A DNA stretch of 64,000 nt from a bacterium (GTDB lineage: Bacteria > Patescibacteriota > Minisyncoccia > Minisyncoccales > DG-74-3), in assembly GCA_030603245.1 (NCBI GenBank), contig JAUVYE010000001.1, positions 1,418 through 65,417 of the forward strand, in the 5' to 3' direction. Each line of letters begins with the position of its first letter. Within the stretch, counting starts at the first letter, position 1. Shown here in pieces: positions 10,007 to 18,890 of this stretch. The notes beneath the pieces are model-generated. The model did no database searches. It was not told where the DNA came from and saw nothing but the letters and a program-made list of their open reading frames with translations. The position numbers and the translations under genes were made by a program.

Positions 10007-10638
10007 TTATTTTTCCCTCTAAAATACCATTTAGGTCTGGCTCCTTTTAGAACTGGGATAAAGTGGGGCCATTGCTTAATAAAAATAGGTGTGGCTATTA
10101 AAACGCAAAGTAAAAAATATTCTGGAACTAAAAAATAACCGATTAAAGGCAAGAAAATATTTCCCATAAATTGACCGAAAAAAAACGTCTGAGTAGCTAA
10201 AACAAACAAAAGACAACTCAAAGCCCAGGGCAAAAATAACCACTTAAAGTTTAGGGTCATCAAAACTCCGGCTAAACATGCTTGGGCTTTGCCGCCAGAA
10301 AACTTATTGTCTTTAATCTTAAAATAAAGAGAAAAACAATGACCTAAAACTACTCCAAAACCAGCTAAGCTAATTGCCCAAACAAGATTATAATTTAAAC
10401 AAGTAAATTTTTGAGGAATTAAAACAGACAAAGCTCCTTTTCCTGTATCTACAAAAACAGTTAAAAGAAATAATAAAGGTTTTCCTGTTATTCGCATCAC
10501 ATTCATTGCTCCTACATTTTTAGATTCTTGCTTTCTAACATCTTTATTAACAGATTCTTTAACAATCAAATAAGCTGTGGGAAAAGAACCCAAAACATAG
10601 GCAAGGATAAAAAATAAAATTAAATAAATATTGAACAT
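10003..10638 (-). CDS. plsY: Glycerol-3-phosphate acyltransferase PlsY family protein (copy 2)
   Basis: AYVLGSFPTAY, DVRKQESKNVGAMN, DTGKG, GHCFS...GGK. Confidence 0.85.
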   Translation of the reverse strand: MFNIYLILFFILAYVLGSFPTAYLIVKESVNKDVRKQESKNVGAMNVMRITGKPLLFLLTVFVDTGKGALSVLIPQKFTCLNYNLVWAISLAGFGVVLGHCFSLYFKIKDNKFSGGKAQACLAGVLMTLNFKWLFLPWALSCLLFVLATQTFFFGQFMGNIFLPLIGYFLVPEYFLLCVLIATPIFIKQWPHFIPVLKGARPKWYFRGKNK

Positions 10639-10643
10639 ATTTT

Positions 10644-12317
10644 TTAGTGGTTATTAATAACGGTCCAGGAAACAATTAAACTCCCAGAATCCATGTCCAA
10701 AGAGCTGGAATTGGTAAAAGAAACTTCGGCCTGAATCTCTTTAAGTTTATTTTTCAATTTCTTTGCTTCTTCTAAATTCTCACAATGAGTAATAACTATT
10801 CTGATTTTTCTGCCCTGTTTTCGATACTTTCTGCTTCTTAGTTTTATTTCCCTGAATATTGCGTTTGAAACATCTTTTGTCATTAGGTGAATTCCATTCT
10901 TAATTATTTTTCCTCTCTTAATGCCGAACAATGGTTGAGCTCCAATTCTTTGTAATCTTTTTGCCCACCTAACTTGAGAGTATGAAATTTTGCTTATTTT
11001 TTTTATTTTCTCAAGTTTGGACAAAAACAAATAAGTATGAATATGAGAAATTGTTTTGTTTAATTCTTTAATAACCTCTTGGATTTCTCTTTGTTCTTTA
11101 ATCAGTTCAATTGCTCTTAAAATTAAAAGGGCTTGGCCAGAACTAATATTAAAAGAGTTTAAAACATAAATTTTTGAAGGATCTTCTAATTTTGACCTTA
11201 CTTCCATGGCTTGATTATAGTCTGAAGAATCAGTAATGATTAAAACTTTTTTAAAGCTTTTGAGTTGTTCTTTATAAACTTCAAGAAAATTTTGAGACCT
11301 AACTATCTTAATTTTGTATCTTTCAATAATTTTTGCTGTTAAATCAGCTGTTTGATCAGTAATAATGCCAATAGAAACATCTTTTAATGAATCTTCCCCA
11401 ACTGCTTCTTTGGCCATATCTTCAATCCTCATATTTTCAATTCGACCAGCCTGTCTTATAAATTCTTTAACCTCGTCTATTAAATCAGTGTGAATATGAA
11501 TTTTCATTTTATTTTTAACCGTAACTATGTCTAAAGAATTGCCCAATTTTGACAATTTATCTTTAATCTCTTTTTCGCTAAATTTTGGATTCTTAATCAA
11601 AGCCACAATTTCATAACGGTTAGAAATAGTTTGAATAAACCTTTTTGCTTTTTCTGATGGTTTTTCTTTCCCCAACTCACGGATCGTTTTTATGTCTTTC
11701 TCTCCCTCAACTTCCAAAACTTCTAGAAAACTTTCAAGAATGATTAAAAAACCAAGGCCTCCAGCATCAACCACATTTGCTTTTTTCAAAATCTCCAGTT
11801 TTTCCTGAGTTTCTAACAATGCTTGATGAGCTTCTCCAGCTGCTTTTTCAAGAATAACAGCAATGTCTTTTTCGTTCTCAACCTGTTTTTCAAGACTTTG
11901 AGCAGTAGCTTTCATTACATCTAAAATAGTTCCCTCTTTTGGATTTTGAATGCTTTTCTCAGCCCTTTCAAACCCTTGCTTAAAAGCTTGGGTTAATTTA
12001 TGGGCATTAATTGATTTTTCGTTTCCAAAAACAGGCAAAAATCCAGCTAAAAAGCCGGTATAAATTATACCAGCGTTTCCTTGGGCTGCGATCATGGCTC
12101 CATCTAAAATAGCTTCTGAAATTTCGCCCAAATTATTAAAATCCCTGTTTTCAATTTGTTGTTTTATTCCTAATAAGGTATAAGCCAGGTTGGTTCCTGT
12201 ATCTTGGTCTGGCACTGGGAAAACATTAATCTTATTAATTTCTTGTTTTTCTTTCTCAACCCTTTCCCAGGAAAAAAGCATCATCTTTTTCAATTCCCTT
12301 TGAGTCAAATAATCCAT
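10644..12317 (-). CDS. DAK2-domain fatty acid kinase FakA-like protein fused to a degenerate DegV-like C-terminus
   Basis: INKINVFPVPDQDTGTN, AQGNAG, PKEGTILDV, VVDAGG, KIHIHT; C-terminus has IGIITDQTADL and SSGQALL and resembles the DegV at 14820-15701 (shared SRKYRK.G..I.I.I.H). Confidence 0.85.
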   Translation of the reverse strand: MDYLTQRELKKMMLFSWERVEKEKQEINKINVFPVPDQDTGTNLAYTLLGIKQQIENRDFNNLGEISEAILDGAMIAAQGNAGIIYTGFLAGFLPVFGNEKSINAHKLTQAFKQGFERAEKSIQNPKEGTILDVMKATAQSLEKQVENEKDIAVILEKAAGEAHQALLETQEKLEILKKANVVDAGGLGFLIILESFLEVLEVEGEKDIKTIRELGKEKPSEKAKRFIQTISNRYEIVALIKNPKFSEKEIKDKLSKLGNSLDIVTVKNKMKIHIHTDLIDEVKEFIRQAGRIENMRIEDMAKEAVGEDSLKDVSIGIITDQTADLTAKIIERYKIKIVRSQNFLEVYKEQLKSFKKVLIITDSSDYNQAMEVRSKLEDPSKIYVLNSFNISSGQALLILRAIELIKEQREIQEVIKELNKTISHIHTYLFLSKLEKIKKISKISYSQVRWAKRLQRIGAQPLFGIKRGKIIKNGIHLMTKDVSNAIFREIKLRSRKYRKQGRKIRIVITHCENLEEAKKLKNKLKEIQAEVSFTNSSSLDMDSGSLIVSWTVINNH

Positions 12318-12325
12318 ACAATGGT

Positions 12326-12979
12326 TTAGCGAATTTTTTCCTCAAACTCTTTTAAGATTTTAGCTGCTATGTCTTTACCCCCCAAACCAAAAGCAACACC
12401 AACAGCTATTACTATAGCGCCCACAAAACCAACAAAAATAGTTAAGATCAATGTAGGAGCTATCTGAAGCTGGTAAAGAATAGCTAAGGTAGCTAGGCTC
12501 CAAATTATCCAACGAATTATTCTTCCTAAAAACCGGGAGTAAGTTATTTTTTCTTCCTCTAAAACAGCAAACATAATCTTTTGAGAAAAATCAGCCAGAA
12601 AAACAGCAATAATAAAAATTAAACAAGCAACAAAAATATTAGGGAAATAACTGATTGTCTCACCTAAAAGCTGACTAAATTGAGGAAGCCCAATAATCTC
12701 AACTGAAGTCATTAAAAAGAGAATGACAAAAAAGCATCTAACTATATTTCCAAAAAACTGCACAGCATTAAAACGAATATCTGTCTCAAATAAACTTTCT
12801 TCAAAATTCAATCTTTTCAAAGCCTGATTCAAACGGATTTTGTCTAAGAATCGAACAACAATATTACCAGCCCACTTAGAAACTAAAAGACCAGTCAGAA
12901 AAACTAAGATTGCCCATAAAAGCTGGGGGAGATTTTCAACAAAGCTTTCTAAAAATAAGTTTAAAAAATCTTGTGCCAT
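12326..12979 (-). CDS. Conserved TM-helix membrane protein (CmpX / small mechanosensitive channel-like)
   Basis: YFPNIFVACLI repeat unit and C-terminal AFGLGGKD. Confidence 0.7.
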   Translation of the reverse strand: MAQDFLNLFLESFVENLPQLLWAILVFLTGLLVSKWAGNIVVRFLDKIRLNQALKRLNFEESLFETDIRFNAVQFFGNIVRCFFVILFLMTSVEIIGLPQFSQLLGETISYFPNIFVACLIFIIAVFLADFSQKIMFAVLEEEKITYSRFLGRIIRWIIWSLATLAILYQLQIAPTLILTIFVGFVGAIVIAVGVAFGLGGKDIAAKILKEFEEKIR

Positions 12980-12994
12980 ATTTATTATTTTACC

Positions 12995-13552
12995 CTACCA
13001 TTTATTCTTAGACAAGCCCATTCTAAATCCTATTTGAGTAGCAGCAATGTGCAATACAAAAGTTAAAACTAAAAGCATTGTCCAAACTTTAAAATCAATT
13101 TTAATCTCAGAAAAAAGATTTAAGAAAAAACCTGCTCCAATCACATAATTAATCTGATCAAAAGGCATAAATTTTGCTCCTGGTTTTAAGTCTAAGCGTC
13201 TTTTAATAAAAGCAAAGAACAAGTCCCCAAAAACTGCGCCAAAAACCATTAAAAGGCCAAAATACAGGCCTATTTCTTGATAATTTAAAAGACTGATTTC
13301 TCTGGTTGAAACACAATTATTAAAAAGCCATTTTTGAAGAAAAAGAATTAAAATGCCAGCAATTGGACCCAAAATAAGACCACGCCAAGTTTTATGATTA
13401 CCCAATAAAGGACGCCCCTTAAACTCTTTTCCATTATCAATTGGTCGGTCAAAACAATTAAAAACCCTTAACGACGCGGTTAAAGAGGGGATCATATTAG
13501 TAAAGTAAGCTGGGAGAAAAAAATAAAAACAAGATAGGATAAATTTAAACAT
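12995..13552 (-). CDS. carS: CDP-archaeol synthase (CarS/DUF46 family)
   Basis: PAYFTN, PID.G...G..LLG.HKTWRG, GDL...FIKRRL...PG....FDQ, all typical of CarS. Confidence 0.85.
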   Translation of the reverse strand: MFKFILSCFYFFLPAYFTNMIPSLTASLRVFNCFDRPIDNGKEFKGRPLLGNHKTWRGLILGPIAGILILFLQKWLFNNCVSTREISLLNYQEIGLYFGLLMVFGAVFGDLFFAFIKRRLDLKPGAKFMPFDQINYVIGAGFFLNLFSEIKIDFKVWTMLLVLTFVLHIAATQIGFRMGLSKNKW

Positions 13553-13596
13553 AAAATTTCTTGAAATTAATATTTTCTAAAGGTAAAATAAAAAAG

Positions 13597-14277
13597 ATGA
13601 AAGCAGACTTACACGTTCATACTTGCTATTCTTACGATAGTATATCTTTGCCGCAAGAGATAGTCAAAGCTGCTCTTAAAAATGGTTTAAACTGCATTGC
13701 TATTTGTGATCATGGAGAAATAAAAGGTGCTCTTGAGGCCATTAAATTTGCTTTTAACAAACCAATTTTAATTATTCCTGGGATTGAAATAAGAAGTAAA
13801 CAGGGAGATATTTTGGGCTTGAATATTAGAAAAATAATTCCTAATGGGCTTTCAGTAAAGCAAACAATTAAACAAATTAAAAAAGCAGGAGGCTTTGTTG
13901 TTATTCCTCATCCTTTTGGATTTAATTGCTCTTTTAAAGGAATATTGGAAGATTTTATTGACTCAATCGATGCAGTAGAAGTTTTAAATACTAATATTTT
14001 TAAAAAAGACAATCAAAAAGCTTTAAAGTTTGCTAAAAAACATAATTTAGCCTTTATAGCTAGTTCTGATGCCCATAGTCCAGAATTTGTAGGTAGGGGA
14101 TATCTTGAAATTCCAGGTGACCAACTTTCTGTCCAACAAATTTTTCAACAAATTAAAAATAAAAATGTTAGAATCATTGGTCGAGAAACTAATATTTTTG
14201 AAAAGGGAATTGCTTTTTTAAAAAGAAATTTATGTAAAATTGAATATTATGTTAGCAGAAAAAAGAAAAAGCTTTAA
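13597..14277 (+). CDS. PHP-domain metal-dependent phosphoesterase
   Basis: DLHVHT..S.D, AICDH, PGIE, PHPF, SSDAH; ATG at 13597 preferred to the TTG at 13561. Confidence 0.85.
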   Translation: MKADLHVHTCYSYDSISLPQEIVKAALKNGLNCIAICDHGEIKGALEAIKFAFNKPILIIPGIEIRSKQGDILGLNIRKIIPNGLSVKQTIKQIKKAGGFVVIPHPFGFNCSFKGILEDFIDSIDAVEVLNTNIFKKDNQKALKFAKKHNLAFIASSDAHSPEFVGRGYLEIPGDQLSVQQIFQQIKNKNVRIIGRETNIFEKGIAFLKRNLCKIEYYVSRKKKKL

Positions 14278-14848
14278 AAAGCTTGAAAACATGGTTGGGA
14301 AATTCTTTTCTAAGTTCTTAAATCCTAATCAGTATTCTTATTTGGCAATCTTAATGGCTTTATTGTGTCTTAGGTTTTTAATAAAAAACAATTTAAAGAT
14401 TGCTTTGATTTTTCTATTCACAGCTTCTTTTTTAGATTTTATAGATGGAGCAGTGGCCAGAAAAACCAATACTGCTTCTAAAAAAGGAGCTTATTTAGAC
14501 ACAATTTTAGATCGCTATGTTGAGGGAATGGTTTTGCTTGGATTTTTGTTTTTACCTTTGCCCAAAATATTTTTACCTGCCCATGTTTGGATATATCTGG
14601 CTTTATTTGGTTCTTTAATGACAACTTATGCTAAAGCTGCTGGAAAAGAAAAGGGAATACTACAAACAGAATTAAAAAAAGGAGTGATTGGTAGGGGAGA
14701 AAGAATGATTTTAGAGTTTTTAGCTATATTTTTAGGAATATTTAATCTCCAGTGGACATTGTATTTAATTATTGTCCTATCTGTCCTATCTAATCTGACT
14801 GCTGTCCAAAGAATTTGTCTTATTCTGCATACCAAGCAACAGCCATAG
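14249..14848 (+). CDS. CDP-alcohol phosphatidyltransferase (PgsA / archaetidylinositol-phosphate synthase-like)
   Basis: DFIDGAVAR-x8-GAYLDTILDR signature, NPN near the N-terminus, GRGER. Confidence 0.9.
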   Translation: MLAEKRKSFKKLENMVGKFFSKFLNPNQYSYLAILMALLCLRFLIKNNLKIALIFLFTASFLDFIDGAVARKTNTASKKGAYLDTILDRYVEGMVLLGFLFLPLPKIFLPAHVWIYLALFGSLMTTYAKAAGKEKGILQTELKKGVIGRGERMILEFLAIFLGIFNLQWTLYLIIVLSVLSNLTAVQRICLILHTKQQP

Positions 14849-15701
14849 ATCCGGGCCCAACAATGCTTCCTATTATCTCATCAAGTAGATTTGCTGCAAC
14901 TATTTCTGTATTTTCCATATCTTTTTGAATCAAGTCTTGTAGTTTTTGACAAGCTTCAGGTGCTAAAGCATGAGAAATAAATATTTGAATTCTTTTACCC
15001 TCTTTTCTGTATTTTCTTGATTTTGACTCTATTTCCTTAAAAAGCGCTTCAGCTACATCTTTTACTCCTATTTTAATGCTTATTGGTTTAAGCACTCCTT
15101 TTTTCATGCCTAACAAGGGCCTTAACCCAATATTAGACATTTTACGAATCCAATTAGCTATAATTGAAGATATTCTGCCTGATGCTTCTAACCATTTAGG
15201 ATCTTTAAGCGCAACATAAAGAAAAGTTTTTGGAATAAGTTGTTCAAGTTCTTTTACAATTTCTTCTATTGGCTTATCTTGATTCACAAGATCAATTGCT
15301 TTTAAAACAATCAACCCCTCTCCAGCAGCAGCACTAAGCGTATCAACAATGAAAACTTTATTCTCTTGTTCTTCTGGTAAAAAACTTTTTGCCTGAATAG
15401 CTGAATTATATGTTCCTGACAGTTTTGAGGTAACAGTAATACAAATAAGCTTTTCGAATTTTTCTAATTGTTTCTTATAAAGATCCAAGTAAGCTTTTGG
15501 AGATGGTTGAGAGGTTTTACAGAAAACCTTTATTCCTCTCTTATCTGCTTCTTTCATTCTGTGAAAAACAGTCTCGCCTGGCAGACCTTCTATTTCTGGG
15601 GGCCATTCTACCTTAAGAGGAACCACTGCTATTTGATGTTTTTCTATAATATCTGGAGTTAAATCAGCCCCTTCGTCAATAACTAAACCAATTTTATTCA
15701 T
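14820..15701 (-). CDS. DegV family fatty-acid binding protein (FakB-like)
   Basis: KTSQPSP, SKLSGTYNSA, VDTLS, SGRI, C-terminal VGPGSMAV. Confidence 0.92.
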   Translation of the reverse strand: MNKIGLVIDEGADLTPDIIEKHQIAVVPLKVEWPPEIEGLPGETVFHRMKEADKRGIKVFCKTSQPSPKAYLDLYKKQLEKFEKLICITVTSKLSGTYNSAIQAKSFLPEEQENKVFIVDTLSAAAGEGLIVLKAIDLVNQDKPIEEIVKELEQLIPKTFLYVALKDPKWLEASGRISSIIANWIRKMSNIGLRPLLGMKKGVLKPISIKIGVKDVAEALFKEIESKSRKYRKEGKRIQIFISHALAPEACQKLQDLIQKDMENTEIVAANLLDEIIGSIVGPGSMAVAWYAE

Positions 15702-15731
15702 AGTTTTTTAATTATTAATTATTATTTATTG

Positions 15732-15803
15732 TGGACCCGAGGGGAGTTGAACCCCTGACCCCTGCAATGCGAGTGCAGTGCTCTGCCACTGAGCTACAGG
15801 CCC
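15732..15803 (-). tRNA. tRNA-Ala(CGC), CCA not encoded
   Basis: GGGCCTG/CGGGTCC acceptor with G3:U70, TAGCTCAGTGGCAGAGC D-arm, CTGCA-CT-CGC-AT-TGCAG anticodon arm, GGTTCAACTCC T-arm. Confidence 0.95.
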
Positions 15804-15805
15804 TG

Positions 15806-17254
15806 CTACTTTACCCAGTATTTGTCTTTAGTCATTTTATCCTGTTTCATTTCAACATTTTCAACCTCTTTTTTAGCTTTTTGGGCAACAAGTTTTAATT
15901 CTTTTTCCGACAATTTACCTAACTTTTTAATTTCTTTTTCTAAAAATTCTTTTTTATTCTTGTTTGGCTCTTCTAGGACATAACCTAATAAGACATTCAA
16001 AATTTGTCCTATTTGAGGTCCTGGTTTAATATTCAGGATTTTCATTATATCATTACCTGAAACTTTTAACATTTTGACTGAAATTGGATCTTGAGACACT
16101 TTTTCAATAACATACTCTAAATGTCTTAATTTATATGGTTTGGCCTTGGGACAACCAGAACCAATACGATCAGCCATTCTTAATTGAATCAACTCCTCTA
16201 TATTTTCTAAACCAACATTTCTTACTAATTTCCTAACTGAACTTTGTCCTACCTCATCTGGATGATAATAAAAAAGATGATATCTTACTAATTTAGTAAT
16301 TTTTTTAATATCTTTTTCAGAGAATTTTAAACGTTTTAAAATCTGCTTTGTCATTTTTGCGCCCTCTATTTCATGGGAATAAAAAGTAGCTTCCAATCCT
16401 TTACCTCTTTTTGTTTTGGGCTTTCCAATATCATGAAATAAAGCAGCTAATCTAACATATTTGTTAAAGTTTTTTTGGGCTGCATATTCTAAAGAACGCA
16501 AATAATGATCATAACAATCATAAATATGATGTTTATTCTGAGCTATGTTATAGCCCTGCTCTAATTCAGGAACAATATATTTTAAAAGATTAAGCTTTCT
16601 TAAAAGCTCAATACCTTTGGCTGCGCTTTCAGACATAATGATTTTTAAAAACTCATCTCTTATCCTTTCTTGAGAAATGTGTTTAAGTAAAGCAGAATTC
16701 TTTTTGATTGCTTGACCTGTTTTTTCTTCAATTTTAAAGTTTAAACTGGTAGCAAATCTTACTGCTCTTATCATTCTTAAAGCGTCTTCTGAAAATCTTT
16801 TTTCTGGATTACCAACCGCTCTAATTGTTTGCTTTTTTAAATCTTTTTGGCCCTCAAAAGGATCAATAACCTTTAATTCACTATCCATTGCCATGGCATT
16901 AATAGTAAAATCTCTTCGAGCTAAATCTTGTTTAAGACTCTGAGCAAACTTAACTATATCAGGATGGCGTTTGTCACTATATTTTGCTTCAGAACGATAA
17001 GTGGTAATTTCAATTTCTTTTAATTTAGGATTCTTACTTTTGGTCTGGACAGTAACGGTTAAAAACTTATTTTCGCAGAAACTTTGTGGGAATATTTTTT
17101 GAATCTTTTTTGGCTTAGCATCAGTAGTAACATCCCAATCATTTGGTTCTTTTTCTATTAAAAAATCCCGAACACAGCCCCCAACAATATAAGCTTCAAA
17201 CCCAGCTTTTTTTAGTTTAGAAACAATAGATTGTACTTGTTTGGGAATTAACAT
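15806..17254 (-). CDS. cca: CCA-adding tRNA nucleotidyltransferase with HD domain
   Basis: VGGCVRD, DWDVTT, DLARRDFTINAMA, EDALRMIRAVRF, ERIRDE, ALFHDIGKP. Confidence 0.92.
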   Translation of the reverse strand: MLIPKQVQSIVSKLKKAGFEAYIVGGCVRDFLIEKEPNDWDVTTDAKPKKIQKIFPQSFCENKFLTVTVQTKSKNPKLKEIEITTYRSEAKYSDKRHPDIVKFAQSLKQDLARRDFTINAMAMDSELKVIDPFEGQKDLKKQTIRAVGNPEKRFSEDALRMIRAVRFATSLNFKIEEKTGQAIKKNSALLKHISQERIRDEFLKIIMSESAAKGIELLRKLNLLKYIVPELEQGYNIAQNKHHIYDCYDHYLRSLEYAAQKNFNKYVRLAALFHDIGKPKTKRGKGLEATFYSHEIEGAKMTKQILKRLKFSEKDIKKITKLVRYHLFYYHPDEVGQSSVRKLVRNVGLENIEELIQLRMADRIGSGCPKAKPYKLRHLEYVIEKVSQDPISVKMLKVSGNDIMKILNIKPGPQIGQILNVLLGYVLEEPNKNKKEFLEKEIKKLGKLSEKELKLVAQKAKKEVENVEMKQDKMTKDKYWVK

Positions 17255-17255
17255 A

Positions 17256-17326
17256 CCCCGTAGTAGAATTTTGACAAATTATTATTTATTGCGTTGCCCC
17301 GCAACAGTCAAAATTTCACTACGGGG
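17256..17326. mobile_element. MITE/REP-like miniature inverted-repeat element with 4-bp flanking duplication
   Basis: 20-bp terminal inverted repeats CCCCGTAGT(AG/GA)AATTTTGAC (18/20 match), flanked by CATA at 17252-17255 and 17327-17330. Confidence 0.6.
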
Positions 17327-17439
17327 CATAATTTTATTCTAACTCCAAACCTTGCTTTTTTCAATTATTTCAATTTATTTATTAATAAAAAAATAGGTCG
17401 AATATTGTTTGTTATTTCGACCTTATTTTGGATGGAGCT

Positions 17440-18150
17440 TTAGATTTTCTTTTCCTCTATCCTTAACCCAGTCTCAAATGGAAGCATTGGTTTCTTTTCA
17501 GCAAGAATGGCAAACTTTTTTGGCAGCTTTGAGATATCCTCTACTCTTAAATATTTACCACCAGTAATTTTAGCAATTTCTTTAAGTAGATCTTCATCGA
17601 AGCTCTCACTCCCTTCACCTATCCCAATAGTATCGACAATCACGCCAAATTTTTTAAGAAGCTGGGCTTCTTCAAGGCTTCTTCCTGGATCACCCGGACC
17701 GTTGGCACAGCCATCAGAGAGAAGAATAATTCGAGGTTGCTTTCTCGCTTTTCTGCTATGGCTAAGAATTTCTCTAGACAGGGAGAGAGCATGACCCATT
17801 GCTGTTGCACCACTGATTTCAAGCTCTGAAACTTCTTTCTTGATTGAATTTTGATTATTGGTGAGATCGAAGAGTTTGCGGGCAGGATCATCAAAGACCA
17901 CTATTGCTGTTTGATCACGGATATCAATTCCAATTTTAGCCAAAACAAACTTTAGGATTGCTTTCTTGAGAGTTTTTATCTTCTCTCCTGTCATGCTACT
18001 TGAAATGTCGAGGCAAAGTACTACATCTTCTACTCTTTCCTGTAATCTATCGATAACATCTAGGCTTCGGGTTCTTAATCCTGCTAAGATTTCTCTTTGT
18101 TGAACTTTGACTATTGCTTTGCTCTTTTTTCTTTTCACTATCGCCCTCAT
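17440..18150 (-). CDS. von Willebrand factor type A (vWA) domain protein
   Basis: MIDAS motif DISSSM, GATAM, IILLSDG, TIGIG, LKEIAKITGG. Confidence 0.88.
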   Translation of the reverse strand: MRAIVKRKKSKAIVKVQQREILAGLRTRSLDVIDRLQERVEDVVLCLDISSSMTGEKIKTLKKAILKFVLAKIGIDIRDQTAIVVFDDPARKLFDLTNNQNSIKKEVSELEISGATAMGHALSLSREILSHSRKARKQPRIILLSDGCANGPGDPGRSLEEAQLLKKFGVIVDTIGIGEGSESFDEDLLKEIAKITGGKYLRVEDISKLPKKFAILAEKKPMLPFETGLRIEEKKI

Positions 18151-18155
18151 TGAAA

Positions 18156-18890
18156 TTACATCCTTATCCCGATTTTTAGATCGTACTCTCTTCTCTTTGC
18201 TGGATTACTTAGAACCTTGTAAGCTTCAGTAATTTTTTTCATCATTTCCTCAGCCTGTTTTTTAACCCATTCTTTTGAACCTGGTGATTGACTGTCTGGG
18301 TGATATTCCTTGGTCTTTTGGTGGTATCTTTGCTTAATTTCTTCTTGATTAGCTTCCGGAGAAATATCTAAAATCTCATAATAGGTCTCTTTCAGCCTTT
18401 CTTCTTCTTTTGAAATTGGAATATTTAGGATTTCTGCCTGTTCTTGAAAACTTAGAATCATTGCCTTAGCTTCTTCATAGGAAGTTTCTTCAGCCTCAAA
18501 CTCTTGAAGAGAATTGAGAAGTTCTACCTCCAAGATTTTCAGTCCAGCCAGAATCTCTGGTCTTCTAGTGGTCAAGATAGCTTTTTTAATCAAGCTCTTT
18601 GTTGTAGAAAAGAGATTTTTGATCTCCTTTCTTTCTCTTTCTCTTTGTCTCTCTATTCTTTTTATCAAGGAAGAAATCTCTGCTTCAGCCCTTGCCAGTC
18701 CTCCTGGAACCTGAAGTCTTGAAACTATTGAAGATAGCTCTTGGCCAAATCCATCAGAATTTAAGGACCCCAGCTCCTCTTTTAGTTCCTCGAGTCTAGA
18801 AGTCCTTATCTGGTACTCTTTAAGTATTTCTTCGAAACGCTCCATCGGTGTTTTCTTAAATTTCCCTATCACATCCCGAACCCTCTGCAT
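18156..18890 (-). CDS. Coiled-coil protein with C-terminal J (DnaJ) domain
   Basis: YYEILDI...EIKQRY...YHPD...ITEAYKVLSNPAKRREYD. Confidence 0.88.
   Translation of the reverse strand: MQRVRDVIGKFKKTPMERFEEILKEYQIRTSRLEELKEELGSLNSDGFGQELSSIVSRLQVPGGLARAEAEISSLIKRIERQRERERKEIKNLFSTTKSLIKKAILTTRRPEILAGLKILEVELLNSLQEFEAEETSYEEAKAMILSFQEQAEILNIPISKEEERLKETYYEILDISPEANQEEIKQRYHQKTKEYHPDSQSPGSKEWVKKQAEEMMKKITEAYKVLSNPAKRREYDLKIGIRM

Noticed and set aside
5463-15701. Archaeal contig or chimeric join as the explanation for the ether-lipid genes
   Set aside because: Archaeal-type genes overlap or are translationally coupled with bacterial-type plsY genes, composition looks uniform and both flanks are bacterial; read-level confirmation is still needed
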